Source: a virus (lineage: Duplodnaviria > Caudoviricetes). From it: a DNA stretch of 33,704 nt. Below, one piece after another: positions 9,018-16,482 of the stretch; within the stretch, counting starts at the first letter, position 1, and every line of letters begins with the position of its first letter. Location of the stretch: positions 1 to 33,704 of the IMG/VR virus record IMGVR_UViG_3300010273_000169. One strand, 5' to 3'. The notes beneath the pieces are model-generated. The model was not told the DNA's origin and made no database searches. It saw only the letters and a program-made list of their open reading frames with translations. Both the position numbers and the translations under genes were made by a program.

Positions 9018-9854
9018 CTAAGAGGCGATCTTGAAAATCAGGTCTGGAGTGAGAGCCTTCACGCCGTAGTTGTAGAACAGCGAGATGGCACTGTCGTTGG
9101 AGAGTGGAATGCGCTCGGGTTCGGTGTACGGATAAGTGACTACAGGCTGAGCGACGGAGCCGATAGCCATAGCAAGCACTTTGATACCCGCCGGCAGGTT
9201 CAACCCGCTGTAGACCCTCACGCCGTGGAACATAGCGAACTCTTCAGCCGCGGTATCCACGTTTGACGCAGGCAGGCTGTCAAGATGCAGACGGATCTTG
9301 CCGTAGAATGCCGGGGTGACGACTGCCACGATCATGTTACGGGGCACGCCCTGAACGTAGTCGTTCTTGACGGTTTCCAGCGTCTGAATGATCTCTTCAA
9401 GCTGCTCAGCCTCAGTCGTACCTACCGGCACAACAGCAGTCGCGGCTGCACCCGCGGCAGCGAAGAACGCGATATCCAGGTCAGTAGCCATGGTGTCGAT
9501 GTGGTTAGCCGCGCGCCGCTTCATGACGTTGGTCACGCCGAAGGTATCCAGGTCGAAGTTTGCGACCTCTTCCACGATCTCTTTCTTCTGGTCCAGGTTC
9601 ACCGTGGTTGGGGGCGCGGTGACAACATCGCCCTTGGCAGCGGTTCTAGCCGTGCCATACGGCTTGGCGACGCTGTTAACGAAACGCTTGAACTCGACTG
9701 AACCTGTTGCGGGGTTGCCCGTATACAGAGTGCTCTTGAGAAAGTCAGACAGAGTTGCCTTGCGAACGTTGTCGATGACTATCCCGTAGATTTCCTGCAG
9801 GTCAGCGTTAACGCCTACGGCCTGCAGAAGTGAAATGGCTTTGGTTCTCGCCAC
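9018..9854 (-). CDS. Major capsid protein
   Basis: 278 aa after the scaffold; GTG start with AAAGGA RBS; HK97-fold-like VAVVTPAFYGKI and GVRVYS, ending YNYGVKALTPDLIF. Confidence 0.88.
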   Translation of the reverse strand: MARTKAISLLQAVGVNADLQEIYGIVIDNVRKATLSDFLKSTLYTGNPATGSVEFKRFVNSVAKPYGTARTAAKGDVVTAPPTTVNLDQKKEIVEEVANFDLDTFGVTNVMKRRAANHIDTMATDLDIAFFAAAGAAATAVVPVGTTEAEQLEEIIQTLETVKNDYVQGVPRNMIVAVVTPAFYGKIRLHLDSLPASNVDTAAEEFAMFHGVRVYSGLNLPAGIKVLAMAIGSVAQPVVTYPYTEPERIPLSNDSAISLFYNYGVKALTPDLIFKIAS

Positions 9855-9870
9855 TTTGGATCATCCTTTC

Positions 9871-10440
9871 CTAGAACGTGATTACCCCCTTAGGTAAGGG
9901 GTTTTTCTTCTGCTGGTCACCTGGGGCTGGATTGCCTCCCTGGCCCGCCACGCCTGCGGCCGCTACCGGGAAATCCTTGAGCGCGAGGTCAAGTGCTGCG
10001 GCGAAGTCTACTTTGTCGGTGACGTAGGCCTCAGCAAGCTTGATGTACTTCGCGGCCTTGTCGGCGGGAATACCCTTGCTGATGGCGGCAAATTGCCGTT
10101 CGAGGGCTGTGACCTTGGCCAATGCTTCGTCTCGCTCTTTTACAAGAGCAGCGTTTGCGCTTGTGGCTTTCTCCAAGTCGGTCTTCTGTTTGTCCTGCCA
10201 TTCCTTAAAGGACTTCAGGGCAGCCTTGTAGTCGCCTTCGCTGGCGATACCGACCTCTTTCAGTAGTCTCTCGACAGCCGCCTTGCTCTCGCGGGCAACC
10301 AGGTTGTTAACGTCCTCCTGCGTGAAGGTTTTGGGCGAAGACGTCTGGTCTCCAGTCTTGCCCTGCTCTCCGGCCGCAGGTTTGCCGGCTCCTTCTCCCT
10401 CTCCAAAGAGCTGGAGATCGATGTGCGAGAACTCTTTCAT
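9871..10440 (-). CDS. Capsid scaffolding protein
   Basis: IDLQLFGE (the LQLF motif cleaved by the Prp protease in Firmicutes phages), KTFTQEDVNNLV, coiled coil. Confidence 0.9.
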   Translation of the reverse strand: MKEFSHIDLQLFGEGEGAGKPAAGEQGKTGDQTSSPKTFTQEDVNNLVARESKAAVERLLKEVGIASEGDYKAALKSFKEWQDKQKTDLEKATSANAALVKERDEALAKVTALERQFAAISKGIPADKAAKYIKLAEAYVTDKVDFAAALDLALKDFPVAAAGVAGQGGNPAPGDQQKKNPLPKGVITF

Positions 10441-10446
10441 TCTGTT

Positions 10447-10505
10447 ACCTCCTGTTTAAGGTCTAGGTGACCGTCTCCGGCTAGTTAACTGCCCGCCGGT
10501 TAGGC
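10447..10505 (-). promoter_or_regulatory. Two tandem predicted H-type pseudoknots in the scaffold 5' leader; the second pairs with the RBS
   Basis: PK1: GCCT/GGGC stem, loop CCGGC pairs with downstream GCCGG. PK2: GGTC/GACC stem, loop CCT pairs with AGG of AGGAGGT after a TTAAAC linker. Confidence 0.55.
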
Positions 10506-10537
10506 ATAACAAAAGCGCCCTGGATAACCAGAGCGCT
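10505..10537 (-). terminator. Intrinsic terminator after the toxin-immunity pair
   Basis: AGCGCTCTGG-TTAT-CCAGGGCGCT followed by TTTGTTAT on the minus strand. Confidence 0.75.
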
Positions 10538-10565
10538 GATGTTCGGTTGTTAGGAGTAGGAGTGA

Positions 10566-10742
10566 CTACTTGACCACTCTAGCTATGTCTTGTCGCTGTA
10601 CTTCGATAGTCTCCCAGTCTACAGGAGATGAGCCGATGTCGACAATGAACACTTCCTGATCGCCAAGAATCTCAACAACGCATCCTTCCCGTCCGTCTTT
10701 CAAAATAACGTGGGCGTATGGCTTGATCGTCTCCACCCTCAT
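10566..10742 (-). CDS. Putative immunity protein, DUF4926-like (58 aa, missing from the ORF track): MRVETIKPYAHVILKDGREGCVVEILGDQEVFIVDIGSSPVDWETIEVQRQDIARVVK
   Basis: ATGA overlap with the MuF stop; AAGGAGGTG upstream; SH3-like VxLKDGREGxVVE pattern. Confidence 0.8.
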   Translation of the reverse strand: MRVETIKPYAHVILKDGREGCVVEILGDQEVFIVDIGSSPVDWETIEVQRQDIARVVK

Positions 10743-12175
10743 CTCACCTCCTTGATGTAGAGAGTAGTCATCCTAGTCCCGACGTCATCGGTAATCCATC
10801 CGACGACGACGTTAGCAGGATTGCCCTTCTTACCGTATAGCACCATTTTCTGTTCCCACCGCGTGCCGTGTTGATCAGTCTTTACATGCGATACTGGATA
10901 CAGAGGCGCTCGTTTCAAGGCCTCGGCTTGCAGTTCCTGCCAGTTGTCCTTATCGTATCCAAGACGACTACTCAAAGCAACACCCTTAGCCCAGCCGTCA
11001 GCGTTTTCAGGATTAAACAGGTAACGAGTGAACTTTGCTTCAGCGGCTATGGCCTTATCCGCATTAGGCAACGCTTTCTCTGGGTGCTGCGCCAGATCAG
11101 TCCTGCGCCTGTAGTCAAGCTGCATGAGCGCCCATTTCTCGCCGCCGGCTTTCTTTATCTTGCGGAAGCCGTGGAATCTCTTGGGGGCATCCGGGCCCAA
11201 CCTGGCTTTGTACCGCTCATACTGGTAGAGGTCTTCGCGCATTCGCCGGTTCTGGGCCTGCTGCTTGTTGTACAGGTCGACCTCACGCTTAGCGCGACTA
11301 TCCTTGAAAGGCCTGTTGCTGCGCTCAATAGCTTGCTGCATCTCCTCCGGCGTTTGCATGCTCTCAACGAACGGTACGAGTACATGCCTGCAGTTCGGAT
11401 GGATGTTGTGATACCCGCTGCTGAACGCCCTGGAGAGCGGCGGAAACCGCTTGTCGTTGCCGCTGATGCTATACACCCGTCCCTGGTACTGGGCGCATAC
11501 CTCGCAGGTAGGGTAGTGCGTGCTTATCTCCACCAGGTCGTAACCGTTGGCAGTCAGCTGGTTCTCCCGCGCCAGGTTACCGGCTTCTCGCGTCGTGGAC
11601 CGGGCGCACAGCATCGCGTAGACGTCAAGAGGAACTTGAAACGCCCGGGCTCCACTGCTGTACTGGACGGTCATGAAGCCCTCGTTCTTTAGCTTCTCGA
11701 TCATGAGGTTCTTCATCTGCACTACCGTAGAGCCACTGGCGATCTTTTCACCGGAGGATGCCAGGCCTACCGCACGCAGAGCTTCATCCCTTGAGCTATC
11801 CACGTACCGCAGGATCTGTCTGCCCACCGAGGCCAGGCCCTGTCGAATCTGATACTGCATCTCACGGGCCACTGTATGGACAGCCTCAGCGTGCAGGTCA
11901 GCGAATAGGGAGGGGTGCTTCATGAGCAGGTTGTTCTTCTTGAAATAGTCGTATGTCTCCCGAAGCCCCTTCTCATATTCCGCCGGTATGGCCGTGTCAA
12001 TAAACTCATCCGCAGCCTTAGCCAGCGCCTCCAGTTCACGGTTGAGGCACTGGAGGACGCTGTTGGCGTAGACTTTCGTGCCAACGCCTCTGAAGTTGAC
12101 GATGGTATTAAGGAGCCGGTTGCGGGCCGCTAGATACAGTTTCGCCAAGTTGGCTAGTTCCTGCTGCGTAGCCAT
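10739..12175 (-). CDS. Minor head protein (Phage_min_cap2/MuF-type) with C-terminal DUF6883-like putative toxin domain
   Basis: After portal; CEVCAQYQGRVYS and HPNCRH motifs. An extra ~110 aa (10739-11071), LPNADKA..KFTRYLFNPEN..G..K..LGY..GTRW..GWI..RMTTLYI, matches the DUF6883 pattern from memory. Confidence 0.85.
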   Translation of the reverse strand: MATQQELANLAKLYLAARNRLLNTIVNFRGVGTKVYANSVLQCLNRELEALAKAADEFIDTAIPAEYEKGLRETYDYFKKNNLLMKHPSLFADLHAEAVHTVAREMQYQIRQGLASVGRQILRYVDSSRDEALRAVGLASSGEKIASGSTVVQMKNLMIEKLKNEGFMTVQYSSGARAFQVPLDVYAMLCARSTTREAGNLARENQLTANGYDLVEISTHYPTCEVCAQYQGRVYSISGNDKRFPPLSRAFSSGYHNIHPNCRHVLVPFVESMQTPEEMQQAIERSNRPFKDSRAKREVDLYNKQQAQNRRMREDLYQYERYKARLGPDAPKRFHGFRKIKKAGGEKWALMQLDYRRRTDLAQHPEKALPNADKAIAAEAKFTRYLFNPENADGWAKGVALSSRLGYDKDNWQELQAEALKRAPLYPVSHVKTDQHGTRWEQKMVLYGKKGNPANVVVGWITDDVGTRMTTLYIKEVR

Positions 12176-13572
12176 TATTCAAGGACCTCTGCATCCTCGG
12201 CCTCAGGCTCTTTGTCGCCGTTCACGTCTATGACCCCCAGCGGAAACGGAGTAGACGTGGCCTGTTCCTCCCGCAACTGCTCCATCTCTTCTTCAACTTC
12301 CTTGTCGGTCAAACCACGCTGTTTAAGAGCGCTGTACTGCGACATGATGGGTTTACCGCCCGTGGCAGTGGTGAGCATGTTGACCTGTTCCACTGGGTCA
12401 TCAGGTAGGCCGTCATGCCACGTGATGGTGAGCGTGTCGTAATCCAAGGTGATCCCGTTCACTTGGGCCAACAAAGACACGATGGTCTTTACCGTGCCGG
12501 CGTTCATGCCGGCAATTCGGGCCGCTTTGACCCGAGGGCTGACCATCTTCAGTTTCAGCGCGGTACCGCTCTGAGCCGAACCTCCCCCGCCGCCTTCGAT
12601 GAAGGCCTGGCCCATTTCTGTGAGGATATAAAGCTGGTTAAGGAGCAGCTCAATCTCCTTCCAGTTGTCACCAAGGTTACCGTCCCACGTGACGTACGAG
12701 ATGTCAGGATCGTCTTTCGTCTCGCGCTTGAAGTAGTTGCCGAGGTTTACATACCAAAGGCCGCTGCGCTCATCGTAGGAGAGGGCTGAGGCCGGTCCGC
12801 TCATCGATGGGTCGGAGTGTTTATCAAGAATAGCGTCAGCACGATGCAAACGCCACATGATCTTCGCCACGATGGAATTGATGATCTCATAGTCGTCCAG
12901 ACCGTAGATGCTGCCGCTGTGCGTGACGTTCGTCAGCACCTGGACTGCGAAGTCCTGCAGGCCCGTCTGATTGGTCTTGGTCTCCTTGAGAGCGCCGATT
13001 TCCTGCCGCTTCTCATCGTATGCGTATGTCCGCTGCTCGATCTGACCAATACTGTGGATCTCGACGTACAGTTCAGTCATAGCGCCTTGAGCGTCCGGTG
13101 TTATGGGGTACGCGATCACGTGTTGGGTGACGGTTTTCAAGTCGTTAGGAGCGACAATCGGGAACCAGTACATAGGCGAAGCTATCGTGAGGCCTTTCCC
13201 CACAATCTTGAGCACGGCGTCACCATACCGGGATACGTCGATAATCGCTTCGTAAAGCTTCGCCGCGAACCTTTGGCGGTTAAGAATCTTCAGCAGTTCA
13301 TCCGTCTGGCCTCCGGTCTCAAACGTTGGAGGTTCCGCGCACACGAAATCGGCGATCTTCTTGCTGAGCAGCTGGTGGTAGTTGAAGACTGTGTTGACGT
13401 CCCATGTTGACAACCGGTAACGACGAGACAACTCCGCGAACGCGGTCTGCCATGCTTCGGTGTGCTTCGTCAGGAACAGCTTCTCATGCAGTTTGTAGCG
13501 TTCAATGCGCCCCTTCTCGGAGGCGGGAGGGTAGGGAGAACCAGACTGTAGCCAATTCAGATTCGTGAGCAT
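12175..13572 (-). CDS. Portal protein (SPP1/A118-like)
   Basis: Start placed at ATG 13572 (AGGAGG 9 nt upstream); NYHQLLSKKIADF, SGTALK and ITWHDGLPDD motifs. Confidence 0.9.
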   Translation of the reverse strand: MLTNLNWLQSGSPYPPASEKGRIERYKLHEKLFLTKHTEAWQTAFAELSRRYRLSTWDVNTVFNYHQLLSKKIADFVCAEPPTFETGGQTDELLKILNRQRFAAKLYEAIIDVSRYGDAVLKIVGKGLTIASPMYWFPIVAPNDLKTVTQHVIAYPITPDAQGAMTELYVEIHSIGQIEQRTYAYDEKRQEIGALKETKTNQTGLQDFAVQVLTNVTHSGSIYGLDDYEIINSIVAKIMWRLHRADAILDKHSDPSMSGPASALSYDERSGLWYVNLGNYFKRETKDDPDISYVTWDGNLGDNWKEIELLLNQLYILTEMGQAFIEGGGGGSAQSGTALKLKMVSPRVKAARIAGMNAGTVKTIVSLLAQVNGITLDYDTLTITWHDGLPDDPVEQVNMLTTATGGKPIMSQYSALKQRGLTDKEVEEEMEQLREEQATSTPFPLGVIDVNGDKEPEAEDAEVLE

Positions 13573-13587
13573 CGTCGTAACCCTCCT

Positions 13588-13650
13588 CGCCATAACGAAG
13601 CGCCGCCATCGCGTCATCTATGTTTCAATCCACGCCTCAAAAGAGGCGAC
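13588..13650 (-). CRISPR. Solitary type I-C-like CRISPR repeat (13650-13622) plus one 34-nt spacer (13621-13588) homologous to terL
   Basis: Repeat GTCGCCTCTTTTGAGGCGTGGATTGAAAC has a 6-bp hairpin and the 11-nt TGGATTGAAAC tail. The spacer ATAGATGACGCGATGGCGGCGCTTCGTTATGGCG is 27/34 identical to terL 13745-13712. No second repeat and no cas operon in the window. Confidence 0.8.
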
Positions 13651-14939
13651 TATCGGATCTGCACCTGAACAAACTCGCCACCACCACCGCGACGTGGCCG
13701 CCAGCGCTCAACGCCGTAACGGAGCGCGGCCATGGCATCATCGAAATACTCTACCGGCTCATCGATGTAGAGCCCTGTCTGCGGGTCCTTCTTCCATTTC
13801 CACTGCTGGATCTCTTTGATGGTGTTCACGCAGGAAGGATGGATGTGGATCTTCCTGCCTTTCAGGAAGTCAATCTGGGCCTTGACACTACCAGGTTCCT
13901 TCTTCACCGGCCTGGCGCGATAACCGGCTTTGCGCCACGTCGCTATGCGGTCAGGCTCAGCGGAGTCACACCACATCTCTTCTTGCTTGCTGACGCCGGC
14001 CTTGTTGGCCAGCTCGATGATCTCGTTGGTGTCTTTCTCGAAGACGTATATCTCTGACCGGACATAAACCTCGCCGTCTTTCCAACCGAGAAGAAGGATA
14101 GCGTTGGCGTGGTTAAAACCGAAGTCCTGACCGATGGCAACTGCGTCGAAGTAGTCCCTGTCCTGACGGAATTCGTGTATCTCGAAGTTGGTCAAGATCT
14201 GGCCGCCCAGTTCGCCCCACTCACCGAGGCCGTATACGCGGTAACCATCCGGATCTTCGATGCGGCGCCGCTCCATACGGGCGTAGTAGCCCTCGTCGAT
14301 GAAGCGGTTGTCCCGGTAAGTCGAATGGTGGGTGAAGACCTCTGGGTCTTGCCTGTCAAAGTACCGCGCTTTTATCCAGTGAGTGGCGCTCACCGGGTTG
14401 AAAGTCATCGTGATCTGGTAGTACAGATTCGGATTGATGCCGGCCAAGTCCCCACGGAGGCGGTCGTCAAGGATATCCACGTCCTCCTGCAAGAGTTCTG
14501 TGGCTTCCTCAATCCATATCCAGCAGAGCTTGCCCTTGCGAAAGGTGATGGACTTGACCTTTTCACGCTGACCTTGGTCCTTCATACCGCGGAAGATGAT
14601 CCGGTTGCCCGTTGCCCGGCACTCCATCATGAGAGGGTTCAGGTTGATCTTCCAAAACCTCTCGGAGTACTCACCGAAAAGCCTGTATATGGCAGCCTGG
14701 AGCTCAGCAAAGGTGCTGTCGCGATTCGTTTCCTCGATCTTACGGACCACAAGTAAGTTGGCGCCAGTGAAACGCGGGTCCGAGAGTTTCTTGATGTAGT
14801 CCTGGGCGATGTTAACTGACTTGCCGGAACCGGCGGACCCTTTCAGAATGCGATATCGCGTCCTGCATGCGTTGACTGGCCGGAATATTGGGTTCCACCG
14901 GGCAACAGCCTTGTGGACGACAGCGCTATTCAGGTTCAT
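13650..14939 (-). CDS. terL: Terminase large subunit (PBSX family)
   Basis: Walker A GSAGSGKS, WIEEATE, TFNP..HWIK, GQDFGF, DSAEPDRI, DDAMAALRY; start taken at ATG 14939. Confidence 0.96.
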   Translation of the reverse strand: MNLNSAVVHKAVARWNPIFRPVNACRTRYRILKGSAGSGKSVNIAQDYIKKLSDPRFTGANLLVVRKIEETNRDSTFAELQAAIYRLFGEYSERFWKINLNPLMMECRATGNRIIFRGMKDQGQREKVKSITFRKGKLCWIWIEEATELLQEDVDILDDRLRGDLAGINPNLYYQITMTFNPVSATHWIKARYFDRQDPEVFTHHSTYRDNRFIDEGYYARMERRRIEDPDGYRVYGLGEWGELGGQILTNFEIHEFRQDRDYFDAVAIGQDFGFNHANAILLLGWKDGEVYVRSEIYVFEKDTNEIIELANKAGVSKQEEMWCDSAEPDRIATWRKAGYRARPVKKEPGSVKAQIDFLKGRKIHIHPSCVNTIKEIQQWKWKKDPQTGLYIDEPVEYFDDAMAALRYGVERWRPRRGGGGEFVQVQIR

Positions 14940-15363
14940 CGCCGTAGTCATCGGCGATCACCACTGTGATAGGCAGATTGACGTCCAGTTTGTCCGTGAA
15001 CATGCCGAGACGTTTCCCAATGAGCTCGGCGGCCTTATTCCGATCCCGGACGCTAACCTTTTTCCGAACAATACGAGCGCCAGAGCAGCCGTCGCCCTCA
15101 CCTTCGATAACGACGACATCTTCAGATACTTCCTCTCGCATAACTGACGTCAGATACTGGAGGACTTCCACTGCTCCGGCTATCCGCTTTTCCTCTAACT
15201 CCTTGAGCCGAGCGTCAATCCTGTCTCTAAGTTTTGCTACGTTCTGCGCGCCCTGAACATGTGGCTGTTTGTACCCAGCGCGTCTTGCCGCTTCCGTCTG
15301 ATTCCCCGTTTCGACGTAGTAGTCTATGAAACGCTTTTGCTTTTCGGTCAGTCTCTTGTTCAT
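14926..15363 (-). CDS. terS: Terminase small subunit
   Basis: LTEKQKRFIDYY..GNQTEAARRAGY; KAAELIGKRLGMFTDK. Confidence 0.95.
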   Translation of the reverse strand: MNKRLTEKQKRFIDYYVETGNQTEAARRAGYKQPHVQGAQNVAKLRDRIDARLKELEEKRIAGAVEVLQYLTSVMREEVSEDVVVIEGEGDGCSGARIVRKKVSVRDRNKAAELIGKRLGMFTDKLDVNLPITVVIADDYGDEPE

Positions 15364-15770
15364 GTCTTACCAAACCTATTCAGTATGAGTTGCTCCTCGT
15401 TGACATGCATCTTGGCATGACAGCCGTTGCACAGCGTCATGCCGTTATTGACGTCGATTCGGCCTCCGGGGTAATCAGACCAAGGGATAACGTGATGGGC
15501 CTCTACATTCTCTGTTGAACCGCAGCAAACACACTTGTGACCGTCGCGCGCCATAACATCATTCTTCCACTTCATGACCCTCTCATCATGCCTACTAAGC
15601 GGCGCGATGGCGCTATCAACCACAATCTCGCGCCAATTCGGAAGGTAGTGCCGGAGGATCAAGATGGCGGCCTTCTTACGCACGTAATCAGTAACAGATT
15701 CACTTATCAACACAGCCAGGGCGTTTACCACCAGCGAAAACTCTCTACGAGTCAACCCTCTGGCCACCAT
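15360..15770 (-). CDS. HNH endonuclease
   Basis: RDGHKCVCCG..EAHHV..NGMTLCNGCH; ATG 15770 with GGAGGTG. Confidence 0.9.
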   Translation of the reverse strand: MVARGLTRREFSLVVNALAVLISESVTDYVRKKAAILILRHYLPNWREIVVDSAIAPLSRHDERVMKWKNDVMARDGHKCVCCGSTENVEAHHVIPWSDYPGGRIDVNNGMTLCNGCHAKMHVNEEQLILNRFGKT

Positions 15771-16089
15771 TGTCACCTCCGGCCTCTTCATTAGCCGCAA
15801 CAACTCTAAAGCCGTTGTCGGTGATAACCATCATTAACCCCGCTGCAAGACAAGCGACTTGTCGCTCTTTCAGATTCAGGTCAAACAACTCACTTAAGCC
15901 ATGCAGTACTTCATGAAGAAGAGTGGTCACAACTCGTTCGGTCGTGAACTTGGTGGTGATCTGAATCACATCTTGACCAAACGAAATATGCCCGTACAAC
16001 TCTTGACTGTCTTCGACAATACCTTCCGGTACTGACTCAACTCGATACGTATACGGTCCTATCTTGATCTCCTTCGGCAAAATCGCCAT
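15745..16089 (-). CDS. Small zincin-type (HExxH) metallopeptidase-like phage protein
   Basis: TLLHEVLHG motif plus downstream E (LKERQV); first gene of the late operon. Confidence 0.75.
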   Translation of the reverse strand: MAILPKEIKIGPYTYRVESVPEGIVEDSQELYGHISFGQDVIQITTKFTTERVVTTLLHEVLHGLSELFDLNLKERQVACLAAGLMMVITDNGFRVVAANEEAGGDNGGQRVDS

Positions 16090-16145
16090 TATTGCACCGA
16101 CTTTCCTCCGGAAACTTTTATACTATTGACGGAGGTGAGAACAAA

Positions 16146-16379
16146 ATGGCAAACAAAAAGATTCACATTGTACCCCGAGACGATCAATGGGCTGTAAGGC
16201 GTGAAGGCGCTGAAAGACCATCCAGAGTCGTAAGCACGCAAAAAGAAGCAATAGAAATCGGGCGCCAACAAGCCCAACGAGCTAAGACAGAATTAGTAAT
16301 CCACGGCCACGACGGTAAGATTCGAGATAGCGACAGCTATGGCCGTGACCCGTGCCCGCCCAAAGACCGAAAGCACTAA
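16146..16379 (+). CDS. DUF2188-family protein (antisense moron)
   Basis: HIVPRDDQWAVRREGAERPS..TQKEAI..ELVIHGHDGKIRDSDSYGRDPCPPKD; GGAGGTG RBS before ATG 16146. Confidence 0.88.
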   Translation: MANKKIHIVPRDDQWAVRREGAERPSRVVSTQKEAIEIGRQQAQRAKTELVIHGHDGKIRDSDSYGRDPCPPKDRKH

Positions 16380-16393
16380 GCCTGAAACACTGA

Positions 16394-16417
16394 AGCCGCC
16401 CGACCCCGTGGGCGGCT
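16394..16417. terminator. GC-rich hairpin after the DUF2188 gene (weak or bidirectional terminator)
   Basis: AGCCGCCC-N8-GGGCGGCT; only partial U tracts on either strand. Confidence 0.5.
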
Positions 16418-16435
16418 CCACTTTCTGCTGTTAAC

Positions 16436-16480
16436 ACGATACCATGTTTCATAACGCCAAAAGTGCAAATCTAGTGCAAA
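16436..16480 (-). promoter_or_regulatory. Putative late promoter with activator-binding direct repeat
   Basis: TTTGCACT twice (16480-16473, 16469-16462; 11-bp period) right after the RinA-like stop, then an extended -10-like TGGTATCGT. Confidence 0.65.
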
Positions 16481-16482
16481 CC

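Noticed and set aside
13573-13617. Portal N-terminal extension MTRWRRFVMARRVTT from the ORF track
   Set aside because: No RBS at 13617; a strong AGGAGG sits 9 nt before ATG 13572, and the extension is the spacer read in another frame.
13588-13621. The terL-like 34-mer as a mere leftover of an older terL 3' end
   Set aside because: Not fully excluded, but disfavoured: homology starts right at the end of a CRISPR-like repeat, spans one spacer length, and the frame has a TGA just upstream within the repeat.
13665-13693. Possible second degenerate repeat GTCGC-N10-GCG within the terL 3' end
   Set aside because: No hairpin, no ATTGAAAC tail, only ~14 nt from the real repeat, and explained by coding for RRGGGGE.
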